Shown piece by piece: positions 28,795 to 38,311 of a DNA stretch of 64,000 bases (positions within the stretch are counted from its first letter, which is position 1; every line of letters begins with the position of its first letter). The DNA lies in NCBI GenBank assembly GCA_043800705.1, contig JAZDMS010000034.1, positions 13,831 through 77,830 of the forward strand. The letters are read 5' to 3'. Origin of the DNA: Candidatus Altiarchaeota archaeon (GTDB lineage: Archaea > Altiarchaeota > Altiarchaeia > IMC4 > SCGC-AAA252-I15). The notes below the pieces were generated by a model. It worked only from the letters and a program-made list of their open reading frames with translations. It was not told where the DNA came from and ran no database searches. The position numbers were made by a program, and so were the translations under genes.

Positions 28795-30069
28795 CTATCT
28801 GGTCTTCTCCCATATGTTTACATGGCTTTCGGCCTTTTTTAGCGGGTTCAGTTCAAGAATCAGCGGGAAGCAGAAGAAAGTGAGAGTGAAGAGGTAGTAT
28901 GGGAAGAAGAAGAACAGGACGAGGGGGACTCTGGGGGTGAGCCTCGACATCCTCAATGCTGCGATGACGTTGTACGCGGTTATGACGAGCATCGATGCGA
29001 GGAAATACGGGAAGGATGCGCTCATCGGCCAGACGCCCGTGAGCGTGTTATGCACGTATTCTATCGTCCCGAACATGCACAGCCAGCCGATGAAGTATTT
29101 CACGACGAGCCAGGAGAGGTAGTTGCCGTACTGGGCGAAGTAGATCATGTAGCCGTGGAATATCTGGTAGAACGTTATGGGGAGGATGACGGAGCCCTGA
29201 ATGTAGAAATACAGCTGGTTAGGGAGGCCGTAAAATCCTATGAAGCCGTATCGGGGGTTGAGGAACATGTCCCTGTGTTTGCGCATGACCTGCAGCGCCC
29301 CCCTGCCCCACCGTATCCTCTGCTTCGCTATCCCCCCGAGCGTCTGCGGGGCGGTCGTGTACATGGTCGCGCCGCTCATGATGAGCTGCCAGCCCCTCTT
29401 GCGCATGCTGAGGCCGATGTCGCAGTCTTCGGAGAGGGTGTCGGTGGCGAAGAGGCCGGCTTCCACGATGGCCTTCCTCCTGAAGGCCGCGAAGCCCGGG
29501 AGTATGTATGTTCCGCCGACGCGGTCGAAGATGTACCGCCACATGCTCGACAGGACGTATTCGAAGTCCTGGTACCATGTCAGCGGGTTCCCGTTGGTCT
29601 TGACGGCGATTATGCCGGATACCGCCCCGACCGCGGCGTCTATAAACGGCTCAGTGAATCTCCTGAGGGCGTCCTTTGAGAGCGTCGAGTCGGCGTCGAG
29701 CATCACGATTATCTCGTTTTTCGAGTTCATGATGCCCTTGTTGACGGCCAGCGCCTTGCCGAGGTGGTCCGTATTGATCACTCGTATGCGTCCGTCGCCC
29801 CCGGCGAGTCTTGAAAGGATATCGCATGTTCCATCGCTTGATCCGTCGTCTACTACGACCACATCTATCTCGTTCGGGTAGTCCGACTTGAAGACGCTGT
29901 CGACCGTGGACTCGATGCAGGACTCCTCGTTGTGCGCCGGGATCACGACGCTGACAGGGGGATAGAAACCTTCCATCCGTCTCCGCCTCGGCAGGATGGC
30001 AACGAGCGTGGAAGGCATGAATGTGACTATCGAAATCACGAAGAAAATGGTCAGTATCTCGTCGATCAT
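28795..30069 (-). CDS. Processive GT2 glycosyltransferase (cellulose synthase/PgaC-like)
   Basis: PAHNEE, DDGS, DAD, SED, QRIRW, C-terminal TM helices. Confidence 0.88.
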   Translation of the reverse strand: MIDEILTIFFVISIVTFMPSTLVAILPRRRRMEGFYPPVSVVIPAHNEESCIESTVDSVFKSDYPNEIDVVVVDDGSSDGTCDILSRLAGGDGRIRVINTDHLGKALAVNKGIMNSKNEIIVMLDADSTLSKDALRRFTEPFIDAAVGAVSGIIAVKTNGNPLTWYQDFEYVLSSMWRYIFDRVGGTYILPGFAAFRRKAIVEAGLFATDTLSEDCDIGLSMRKRGWQLIMSGATMYTTAPQTLGGIAKQRIRWGRGALQVMRKHRDMFLNPRYGFIGFYGLPNQLYFYIQGSVILPITFYQIFHGYMIYFAQYGNYLSWLVVKYFIGWLCMFGTIEYVHNTLTGVWPMSASFPYFLASMLVITAYNVIAALRMSRLTPRVPLVLFFFFPYYLFTLTFFCFPLILELNPLKKAESHVNIWEKTR

Positions 30070-30070
30070 C

Positions 30071-30766
30071 TTATGTGCCGGCTTGCGCGCAAATCGACAG
30101 GTAGGGGGTCTTCTCGCAGAGGACCCGCTCTATTGTCTCCTTGTCCTGTAGGCCGCAGTATGTGCCGTCCTCAATGACTATGCAGGGTAGTTCACCAACG
30201 TTGTAGACGTCCTTCAAGACGCTCACTGACGGGAGGTCCAGGTCGTAGTCGAAGCTGAAGATGGATATCTCCTGGTCCATCTTCTGGTGCAGGTGGGTGA
30301 GGACGAACGCCTGCTGGTCGCATTGTTGGCATTTTTTCGGGTTCGAGTAGAAGTAGAGGATAATGGACTGGTTTAGGGAACATTTGTCCCTGATCTGCCT
30401 CAGGAGGGACAGGTACATGACCTCCTGGCGGTTGAATTTCCTCTTCTGCTTGTAGTATTCCGGGTTGCTCATGTACTCCTGCGTGAGCTTGTGGTAGTCC
30501 TCTATCTTGTTCCCGAGCTTCCACGTCTGCGTGTCCAGGAGCTTTAGCTGGGACTTGAGGGTGACGCAGGTCTCGTTGTCGTGAAAGAGCGGGGCCAGAT
30601 AGGTGAGCGCCTGCATCTCCTCCATGGTCTCGAGGCTCGCGTCCATGTCGTCGGTGATGCTTATCTCCCGCTTGGAGTTGAGGAAGACGTTCAGCGAATA
30701 GATGATCACAAGCACCAGGACCGTGACTACGAATGCTTTGGCGAAGACCCAGTGGCTCACCTCCAT
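30071..30766 (-). CDS. Membrane-anchored thioredoxin-fold protein
   Basis: N-terminal TM helix, YFYS...CQQC, ELPCIVI. Start placed at ATG 30766, overlapping the upstream GT2 end. Confidence 0.7.
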   Translation of the reverse strand: MEVSHWVFAKAFVVTVLVLVIIYSLNVFLNSKREISITDDMDASLETMEEMQALTYLAPLFHDNETCVTLKSQLKLLDTQTWKLGNKIEDYHKLTQEYMSNPEYYKQKRKFNRQEVMYLSLLRQIRDKCSLNQSIILYFYSNPKKCQQCDQQAFVLTHLHQKMDQEISIFSFDYDLDLPSVSVLKDVYNVGELPCIVIEDGTYCGLQDKETIERVLCEKTPYLSICAQAGT

Positions 30767-32004
30767 TTTACCCTCTTGCCCAAAATGACAGAATAGAAGG
30801 AGCTGAACCAGAAGACCTGGTAGAACAGAAAGAAGAGCATGAAGCCGATCAGGCCTTGGACATTCTCCCGCATCCTCCGCTTGAGGACCGACATGCTGGC
30901 CTTCGTGAGGGAAAGGACCGACAATATGGCGGTCACCATGAGGAAGTGGAATATGCTCAGCTTGAGTATGTCTATGTCGGGCATCGTGAAGGGGAGTATC
31001 TCGAAGTTCGTAATTATCAGGTAGTTTATCTGCTTCACTACCGCGGAAACGAATAGTGCCAGGGAGTATACGGCCAGTATGAGCCCGAGCGTTATGGTCG
31101 CATAGTTGACTGGCAGGAAGAACATGCCGAACGCGCCGAGGTTCCTGTTGAACATCACGTCCCTGTGCTGCATGAGGGTGATGAGGGAGCCCGAATACCA
31201 TCTCTTGCGCTGGTTGTAAAGCCCCTTAAGGGTCGACGGGATCTTGGTGAAGACGCCGGTCTGAAGCGTGCATGCGATCCTATAGTCGGACTTGTGGATC
31301 CTGAAGGCAATCTCCATGTCCTCTGTGATGTTGTCGACGTTGAATCCCCCTATCTCCTCCATCATGGTCCTGCGGTATATGCTGAAGGGGCCGGGGGTGA
31401 CGTGCATGCAGTCGAGGTAGGATAGTATCTTCATCGAGAGGGACAGGCCGACGACGTATTCTATGTCGACGATCCGCTCGAGAAGGTTCTTTGGCTCCTG
31501 GACGTGGACCCTTACCGTGACCGCCCCCGTCTGCGGGTCTTCGAAGAAGCCGACGGTCTTCCGGAGTATGTCAGGCTTGACGACGCTGTCGGAGTCCATG
31601 CATGCGACGAATTCGCCCCCGGAGGCCTTTATCCCCTCGTTCAGGGAGTGGGCCTTGCCCTTGTTCTGTCTGCGGTCTATGAACCTGAACTTCGTGGAAT
31701 TATGGGAGGCAAGGAATTCCTGTATGTATCTTGTCGTGTTGTCCGTGGATCCGTCGTTGACGACGACAACCTCATATCTGTCCTTGGGGTAGTCTATGCT
31801 ACAGAGGGACTCCAGGGCCGGCAGGACGCTGGATTCCTCGTTGTATGCTGGCATCACTATCGCGACGTAGGGGGTCTGGTGGTCGGGCGAGCTGGAAGAG
31901 GTTATGTCCCGCTTCTTCTCGAAGACTACGAGCAGGACAAGGACCACGAAGTATGTGGACAGGAACCATACCGCGAGTGTCAAGAGGGAGTACATTAAGT
32001 CCAT
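30757..32004 (-). CDS. Processive GT2 glycosyltransferase (cellulose synthase/PgaC-like)
   Basis: PAYNEE, NDGS, DSD, TED, QRKRW. Confidence 0.88.
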   Translation of the reverse strand: MDLMYSLLTLAVWFLSTYFVVLVLLVVFEKKRDITSSSSPDHQTPYVAIVMPAYNEESSVLPALESLCSIDYPKDRYEVVVVNDGSTDNTTRYIQEFLASHNSTKFRFIDRRQNKGKAHSLNEGIKASGGEFVACMDSDSVVKPDILRKTVGFFEDPQTGAVTVRVHVQEPKNLLERIVDIEYVVGLSLSMKILSYLDCMHVTPGPFSIYRRTMMEEIGGFNVDNITEDMEIAFRIHKSDYRIACTLQTGVFTKIPSTLKGLYNQRKRWYSGSLITLMQHRDVMFNRNLGAFGMFFLPVNYATITLGLILAVYSLALFVSAVVKQINYLIITNFEILPFTMPDIDILKLSIFHFLMVTAILSVLSLTKASMSVLKRRMRENVQGLIGFMLFFLFYQVFWFSSFYSVILGKRVKWR

Positions 32005-32107
32005 TGTAACCCATAAATATCATCAACCCCCTAATAAAAGGAGGCTTTCGGAGAATAAAAAAGGCGTTTAAAGGCTTAATAGCGCGTTTCGACAATATAT
32101 TGTCCTG

Positions 32108-32701
32108 GTGGTCGTTTTGGATGAGGACAGGCTCGAATTCAAGAGGCAGTTGATCCATTTGCTGAACGGCTCCGCAATCTCCGTCGCAGTGTGGTTTTTT
32201 AAGCCGGCCATTGGATTATATGTGCTTGTTCCGCTTCTGATCGCGCTGATGCTCCTGTATTTCACCCCGAGGCTGTGGCCTGATCTGAAGGTCTCAAACC
32301 ACCTCATGCACCACTTCGAAAGGAGGGAGGACATCAAGAACTTCCCCTTCAAGGGGGCGATAATGTACGGCCTCGGCATCATCCCCCCGATAGTCCTGCT
32401 GCCTGTGAACTACGCATGCGCCGTGATCCTCATACTCAGCGTGGGGGACGCCTTCTCGAACCTCGTCGGCAGAAGATGGGGCATACACAAAGTAGGCCAC
32501 AGGAGCCTCGAGGGGTCGTTCGGGTTCCTGGTGACATCCTGGGCCGTGTCGGGCTTCTTGATAGATCCCCTTCAGGCGGGGTTATTGGCTTTTGTCGGGA
32601 CGCTGATAGAGTTGTTCATCCCATTTGACGACAACCTCACGATACCGGGGGGGCTTTCGCTGGTCGTCCTGGCCATGGGATTCGCCCCTCTTGCAGTGTG
32701 A
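32108..32701 (+). CDS. Polyprenol/dolichol kinase-like (SEC59/DGK1/VTE5 family) membrane protein
   Basis: RQLIH, GDAFSNLVG, RSLEGS, DDNLTIP. Confidence 0.82.
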   Translation: MVVLDEDRLEFKRQLIHLLNGSAISVAVWFFKPAIGLYVLVPLLIALMLLYFTPRLWPDLKVSNHLMHHFERREDIKNFPFKGAIMYGLGIIPPIVLLPVNYACAVILILSVGDAFSNLVGRRWGIHKVGHRSLEGSFGFLVTSWAVSGFLIDPLQAGLLAFVGTLIELFIPFDDNLTIPGGLSLVVLAMGFAPLAV

Positions 32702-32705
32702 CCGC

Positions 32706-33347
32706 TCAGATGACCCTTAGGGTCTTCCCGGCCTGTTTCAGCCCGCGAACCCTGACCTTTCTGCCTGCGACCTTCAGCCGTCCCTCCGCGAACCACTGCA
32801 CTGCCTGCGGGTAAATGAGGTGTTCCTGCTCCAGTATCCTCTTCGCCAGCGATTCCTCTGTGTCGTCCTCCAGGACCGGTACCGCGGCCTGTACGATTAT
32901 CGGGCCGTGGTCGACTTCCGAGTCTACGAAGTGGACGGTGCATCCGGCGACCTTGACGCCGTACTCTATGGCCTGTTTCTGGGCGTGCAGTCCCGGGAAG
33001 CTCGGAAGGAGCGCGGGGTGGATGTTCATGACCCTGTTCTTGAACGCGTCCAAGAGGACGGGGGTGACTATGCGCATGTAGCCTGCGAGAAGGACCAGGT
33101 CGGTTTTCCTCCTGATGAGCAGGTCCGCCACCTTCCGGTCGTATTCCTGCCGGGTCATGAAATCTTCGGGGTCGACATGCAACGCCTCTATGCCGTGGCT
33201 TTTCGCCCTCTCGAGGGCGTATGCGTCCGCCTTGTCCGATATTACCGCCACTATCCTCGAGCGGGGGATAAACTCTGATTCGACGGAGTCTATGATCGCC
33301 TGGAGGTTGCTGCCGCGGCCCGAAGAGAGGACTCCGATGTTGGCCAT
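32706..33347 (-). CDS. purN: Phosphoribosylglycinamide formyltransferase
   Basis: SGRGSNLQA, LAGYMRI, NIHPALLPSFPG, GCTVHFV, DHGPII. Confidence 0.95.
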   Translation of the reverse strand: MANIGVLSSGRGSNLQAIIDSVESEFIPRSRIVAVISDKADAYALERAKSHGIEALHVDPEDFMTRQEYDRKVADLLIRRKTDLVLLAGYMRIVTPVLLDAFKNRVMNIHPALLPSFPGLHAQKQAIEYGVKVAGCTVHFVDSEVDHGPIIVQAAVPVLEDDTEESLAKRILEQEHLIYPQAVQWFAEGRLKVAGRKVRVRGLKQAGKTLRVI

Positions 33348-33387
33348 CTGTATGGAATATTAAGCGCCCTGTATTTAATTATAGGGT

Positions 33388-33837
33388 ATGAGGATTTTCA
33401 CCTTCCTGTTCGCCGTCCTGCTGATTTCCGGGTGCCTGTCATGGGGGCAGGACGAGAAAAACGCGACGAACGATGACAGAACCCAGGAGGACGAGGTCAT
33501 AGGGGAATACGTCGCCAAACAGAAGGCCGAGTCGGCGAATGCGACGGATGCGCCGGTTCCCTCGACCACGACGGCATCCACATCGACGTCGGCGACGACA
33601 TCCACCACATCGTCGACATCGACGACGTCCACCAGCACGACCTCGACTACATCGACGACCGCCACGACCACTTCGACATCAACCACTACGACGTCGACTG
33701 CCCCCTGCATGCAGTCCTGCTACGACATCAAGTATCCGAGCCCGAGGACCTGTGTTACGGGATGCTGCATCAGCGAAGACACAAGGTGCGTCTACCAGAG
33801 CAGCATAGGAGGCGGACCAGCGTGCAGGTGCAGGTGA
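33388..33837 (+). CDS. Putative lipoprotein with Thr/Ser-rich linker and Cys-rich C-terminus
   Basis: ISGC lipobox-like motif, long S/T tract, 8 C-terminal Cys ending CRCR. Confidence 0.7.
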   Translation: MRIFTFLFAVLLISGCLSWGQDEKNATNDDRTQEDEVIGEYVAKQKAESANATDAPVPSTTTASTSTSATTSTTSSTSTTSTSTTSTTSTTATTTSTSTTTTSTAPCMQSCYDIKYPSPRTCVTGCCISEDTRCVYQSSIGGGPACRCR

Positions 33838-33838
33838 C

Positions 33839-35074
33839 TTAGGCCCTATCCCAGAGCACGACCGCCTCGCCGACCACATATATCGACCCGGTCACCAGTA
33901 TGATGTCGTCCTTCTTCGCCTTAGACAATGCTAGGCTTACTGCCTCTTTGACCGTTGATGCCGGCTCCCCTTTGACTGCCGTCAGGATATCCTTCGCCTT
34001 AAGCGAGCGCGGATTGGCGTATTCGGTTGCGATGAACATGTCCGCCTCGGAGAGCGTCTTGGCCATCTTCGGCCAGTCTTTGTCCTTCGAGAATCCCGCG
34101 ACGACGATGAGCCTGCAGTATTCCAGCCCCTTGACGAATTCCATGCACCTTGCGACCCCGTCCGGGTTGTGGGCGCAGTCGAGTATGACGGTCGGATCCC
34201 TCTGCACGACGTCGAGGCGGCCGGGCCATTTCGCCTTGTAGACGCCGGAGAGTATTGATTTTTCCGACGCGCCCAGCTCTTCGGCGGCGAGGACTGCACA
34301 GGCTATGTTTTTTGCCTGGAAGGCGCCCCTCAGACCCGAACGGAGCGCGTAATCCCTGCGCGACGTCCTCAAACCGAACGATGTCCCGTCGATGGATGTC
34401 GAGACCGACTCTGGCCACGCGTCATATCCGACACGCGCCATATTCGCTCCCTTCGCCTCGCATTCCGCGGCCAGCACGTCCAATGCCCCACCCTTAGCCG
34501 CGGTTATCAGGGTCCCGCCTGCGCTGATGATCCCCGCCTTCTCCTTCGCTATCTGCTCTACGGTGTTCCCCAGGTGTTGCATGTGGTCGAGGGCGACGTT
34601 GGTGATGACTGATAGTTTTGAAGGCATCACATTCGTGGAATCTAGCCTTCCGCCCATGCCGGCCTCCAAGACCATGACGTCTACCTTCTCGTCCGCGAAA
34701 TATTTGAGTGCGAGCGCGGTCGTCGCCTCGAAGAACGTCGGAGGCTCCTTCATCGACTCGATGACGGGCTTCAAGAGGCCGGTGATCCTGGCGAACTCGT
34801 CCTTCGGGATCTGCCTGCCGTCGACGACTATCCGCTCCTTGAACTCTACCAGCTCCGGCGACGTGTAGAGGCCGACTTTTCTCCCGTCCTCCCGGAGGAT
34901 CCTCGCGAGGGTGGCGGCGCAGCTTCCTTTGCCGTTGGTGCCCGCTATGTGTACGACCCGCCCGCCGTATTCGAATCCGATTGCGGACAGGAGGTCGCGA
35001 GTGTTCTCGACCCTGAACCTGATCCCAAGCCGCTCAAGCCCCTTGAGATAGGAAAGCGACGAATCGTAGTCCAC
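33839..35074 (-). CDS. folC: Folylpolyglutamate/dihydrofolate synthase
   Basis: HIAGTNGKGS, YTSP, EAGMGGRLDSTN, DH...LG, EKAGI, WPGR, DCAHNP, TGSIY. Confidence 0.93.
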   Translation of the reverse strand: MDYDSSLSYLKGLERLGIRFRVENTRDLLSAIGFEYGGRVVHIAGTNGKGSCAATLARILREDGRKVGLYTSPELVEFKERIVVDGRQIPKDEFARITGLLKPVIESMKEPPTFFEATTALALKYFADEKVDVMVLEAGMGGRLDSTNVMPSKLSVITNVALDHMQHLGNTVEQIAKEKAGIISAGGTLITAAKGGALDVLAAECEAKGANMARVGYDAWPESVSTSIDGTSFGLRTSRRDYALRSGLRGAFQAKNIACAVLAAEELGASEKSILSGVYKAKWPGRLDVVQRDPTVILDCAHNPDGVARCMEFVKGLEYCRLIVVAGFSKDKDWPKMAKTLSEADMFIATEYANPRSLKAKDILTAVKGEPASTVKEAVSLALSKAKKDDIILVTGSIYVVGEAVVLWDRA

Positions 35075-35106
35075 TATATCTCATAAGCGAAGGGCGTATT
35101 AAGGGA

Positions 35107-36324
35107 TTATTCGCCCCTGAGTTTTGCCAGGTTTTTGCTGAACCAGGCGTCGGCTGCCGCCTCATATCGACTGCCTGCCTCGATCCCGTAGAGGGGGTTG
35201 AATACCCCATACCTTTCCGTGTCGACGACGTCCCTCAGCTCATAGAATCCCGGGACGCCAGATTTATCCAACCATGCGCCAAGCTCATCTATGGATTTTT
35301 TGCTCTTGAGTTTGACCCCTTTAAGGGATTCGTCCAGCCTCCTGCCAAGATCGTCGCTCAGGTTGAGGGCGTCCGGGGCGGTAGGCTGCAGGATCTTTCG
35401 CTGTTCGAACCCTTCGACCCTCCTCCAGAGCTTCCGGGAGGCGCTGTGGTAGAAGACCATGTCTGCTCCTGCGAGACTGGCCCGTACGAACGTCCTTTTG
35501 CCGTCGGCGGTTTCCAGTTTCAGCCCGCTGAGGACGACTATGTCTTCCCTGCCTGCCTCAGAAAGCCGTCCCTGGCCTATTATGATTCTTTTCGGGTCCA
35601 GGTCCTGATTATGGAAATGGTCGCCGAAGACCCGGTAGAAGTACATCCTCGACCGGAGATAAGCCTTGGGGTCAATCCCGCCCCTCATCCCGTTCTCCAC
35701 GGCAAGTGCCATCTTCACACGATCCCTGATGAAATGCGGGGCCTCCACTGTGGCAAGCGCCGGGTGCTGCTGACGCGCAAGGAACAGGTTATATTCTTCC
35801 TCGAAATCTCTGCCGAGGTGTCTGGTGCGGACCCGCGCAAGCAGGTTCCCCCCAGCTTCGCCAATGAATAACGGCTTAAAATCGCTGAGGACGCCTGCCA
35901 CCGCCGCTTTGACATCCGATTCCTCGGACAGCTCGACTGTGAGGTCGCGCGCAATCTTCCGGAAAGGATCTATCCTCTGATCAATGTTCTTGGCGTCTGC
36001 CCGCATCAGCTCCAGTTCGCGGATCGGAACATTCGACTCAATCTCATCCTCGGGGAACGCGGAGAACACCGCGGCATGGAGGTAGATCCCAGTCGCCTCG
36101 GCCCTGGTGCGGGCCTCCATCTGCCCGCCCGCAGGGTGAAGGGAAGCCCCGAGGCCGGCCAGCTGCCTTAGGTCAAAAAGCCTCAGGAATCTTGGCACGT
36201 CTTTGGGCTCTAGCCGCCCCGTCTTCGCCTTCGGGAGCAGATCGAACAGGGCTGCATTCCGTAGGTCGGCCTCCGATACGGTGGCCTTAAGCCGCCCATC
36301 TGCGGTCCTCTCGATCAACGCCAT
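35107..36324 (-). CDS. Hypothetical protein (~405 aa)
   Basis: Long open frame; start placed at ATG 36324 to avoid overlap with the divergent gene. No recognised motif. Confidence 0.6.
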   Translation of the reverse strand: MALIERTADGRLKATVSEADLRNAALFDLLPKAKTGRLEPKDVPRFLRLFDLRQLAGLGASLHPAGGQMEARTRAEATGIYLHAAVFSAFPEDEIESNVPIRELELMRADAKNIDQRIDPFRKIARDLTVELSEESDVKAAVAGVLSDFKPLFIGEAGGNLLARVRTRHLGRDFEEEYNLFLARQQHPALATVEAPHFIRDRVKMALAVENGMRGGIDPKAYLRSRMYFYRVFGDHFHNQDLDPKRIIIGQGRLSEAGREDIVVLSGLKLETADGKRTFVRASLAGADMVFYHSASRKLWRRVEGFEQRKILQPTAPDALNLSDDLGRRLDESLKGVKLKSKKSIDELGAWLDKSGVPGFYELRDVVDTERYGVFNPLYGIEAGSRYEAAADAWFSKNLAKLRGE

Positions 36325-36430
36325 ATTGTAGGATTTGGGAAGGCATTGGATTAATAGTGGCATAGGATGACCCTTCACCATGCCTTTGGCGCTCGCCCAG
36401 GATATATCCCCAGGATGCCCTAAGGTTACT

Positions 36431-38311
36431 ATGGCAAGCTCCGGCGAGTCGTTGGCGGGCCCCCGCGACAAAGGCGATGTCGAAGCCTCCCGGCTGCCCG
36501 GAATCATCGATGGGCCAATGCTCGGCAGGAGGTCCGTTGACTTTGCCCGAAGCCTGCCGTCTTACACGAAAGGCCAGCTGGCGTACTATTCACGGATTAA
36601 GGGAAAGATAAATCCGAAGGACGTCGATGCGATATTGGAAGGCGACGGAGGCGCCAGGGAAGAATACGGGAAGCTCGAAGCCCAGGAGGCAACGCTGGTG
36701 CGAGGAGACCATTCGCTGAAGCTTGGAACCGCAGTCGTCGGCGTCGAGCTCCAGGCGTATCAGCCCCGCGTGAACAGGAGCGTCGTGCGCAAAACGTCGG
36801 ACCTCGCGGGGGTGTATTCCCTCGCCGGCTCGACCATCCAGGGGAACGAGTTCATAGACAGGGTGAAGGAGTTCGTGAGCCAGACCCCGAGCCCAAACGA
36901 GAGTGGTGGGGCCGTGACCTATTTCGGCGAATTCGTCCGAAATACCCTGATACAGATCGTCGTGATGGGGGAGATGCTAACCGAAAAGGGCGTCGCGAGC
37001 CCCCTGACCCTCACGATGCCCGAGACTACATTCAGGCTCGTGAGGCAGTTTTATCCGAACGTCTTCGAGAGGGTGAGGCGCGCACATGAATCCGGCGCCC
37101 TGGACGTCGGCCTCTCCAACGCCCACCACACCATCGCCCCGCTTCTGTCGAAGGACGACCTTCATAGGGAATACTCACATTCGCTGGAGTATTATCTAAA
37201 GCACTTCAAGCCTAGGGACGGGAAGGTGTGCCTCCACATCCCCGAGCAAGCGAAGACCGGCGACCTGCTCGAGGTGCTGACGAAGGTACAGAAGGACCAC
37301 GGCGTGAAGTTCATAGTGTGCTTCGACTCAAACCACCACAACGACGGCTTTGACATAAGCAGGGCTGTGCGGTTCCAGTCAGCAGACCCGCCCGTCGACC
37401 TGACCGCATTCTTCCGCGCGTTCAACGCATGCGACACCATGGCCTTCAAGGTGACCAACAGGGGCGACCCATTGTCTGACGACGAGAGGGCAAAAAGGGA
37501 CCCCTCCGGGCTGAATCCCGAAAGGGAGGAAGGATGGGCTAACCAGGAGGCGAAGCGGCTCTTCGGCCTCTTCGCATGCGACCTCTTCGGCACGAACCGG
37601 GAGCAGGCGATCTGGCGAGATCCGCTATATGAAGGCAGGGACTCCGCCATAATCCTCGCCAATGACGCCGAATTCATCGGCCTGCACCATCCAGGAGAGG
37701 GTTACCCCTTCCTCACGTTCCTTGAAACCCTCGGGGATTTCGGAATAAAGACCGCGTCGTTCCATAGGACCCTCGACATGGTCGGCGCCGCGACAGAATC
37801 GCAGAAGCGCCCGCACGACGCCAGCTGGAGCGGCGGATTCGGCCTATGGATCAATCCGAGGACTCAATGGCTGAGGGACATCGTCGGAGGCACGCTCTCC
37901 GAGTACAATAAACCGCTGCTTGAGGCCACCGCACTTCTCTCCAAGCACAACACCGGAATGAAGGAGAAGGACCTGCCCAGGGAACTGAGCGCAGCATGGG
38001 AGAATTACGGCCTTTCTCTCATATCATGCCCATACTGGTGGAGCGGGTGGGAGGCCGACTACCCCAACAACGTGCCGGTGATACCGGAACTCTTCCGCAA
38101 CATCGCATCATGCGGCAAGGACCTGGATACGATGCTGTCCCGCATGATCGAAACACCCGGGAGATACGGACTCCCTGCAGCCGAAATCGACGGCCTCAAG
38201 GCAGCGCATGCTAAACTCAGGGAGGCTGACGGGCGATTCCGCGAAAGCCCGGCTGCGAGGCAGTACGGCCCCCTCAAGGACATACTCGACAATTACAGGA
38301 GACTCGATTAG
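36431..38311 (+). CDS. Glycoside hydrolase family 57 protein, divergent
   Basis: ELQAYQP, HTIAPLL, HIPEQ (candidate nucleophile Glu), NDAEFIG (candidate acid/base Asp), ASWS, SCPYWW. Confidence 0.75.
   Translation: MASSGESLAGPRDKGDVEASRLPGIIDGPMLGRRSVDFARSLPSYTKGQLAYYSRIKGKINPKDVDAILEGDGGAREEYGKLEAQEATLVRGDHSLKLGTAVVGVELQAYQPRVNRSVVRKTSDLAGVYSLAGSTIQGNEFIDRVKEFVSQTPSPNESGGAVTYFGEFVRNTLIQIVVMGEMLTEKGVASPLTLTMPETTFRLVRQFYPNVFERVRRAHESGALDVGLSNAHHTIAPLLSKDDLHREYSHSLEYYLKHFKPRDGKVCLHIPEQAKTGDLLEVLTKVQKDHGVKFIVCFDSNHHNDGFDISRAVRFQSADPPVDLTAFFRAFNACDTMAFKVTNRGDPLSDDERAKRDPSGLNPEREEGWANQEAKRLFGLFACDLFGTNREQAIWRDPLYEGRDSAIILANDAEFIGLHHPGEGYPFLTFLETLGDFGIKTASFHRTLDMVGAATESQKRPHDASWSGGFGLWINPRTQWLRDIVGGTLSEYNKPLLEATALLSKHNTGMKEKDLPRELSAAWENYGLSLISCPYWWSGWEADYPNNVPVIPELFRNIASCGKDLDTMLSRMIETPGRYGLPAAEIDGLKAAHAKLREADGRFRESPAARQYGPLKDILDNYRRLD

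Noticed and set aside
30767-31201. Long 5' extensions in the ORF track (also 20857-21243, 39967-40137, 60216-60329)
   Set aside because: They overlap other genes or intergenic promoter regions; internal ATGs match where family similarity begins.
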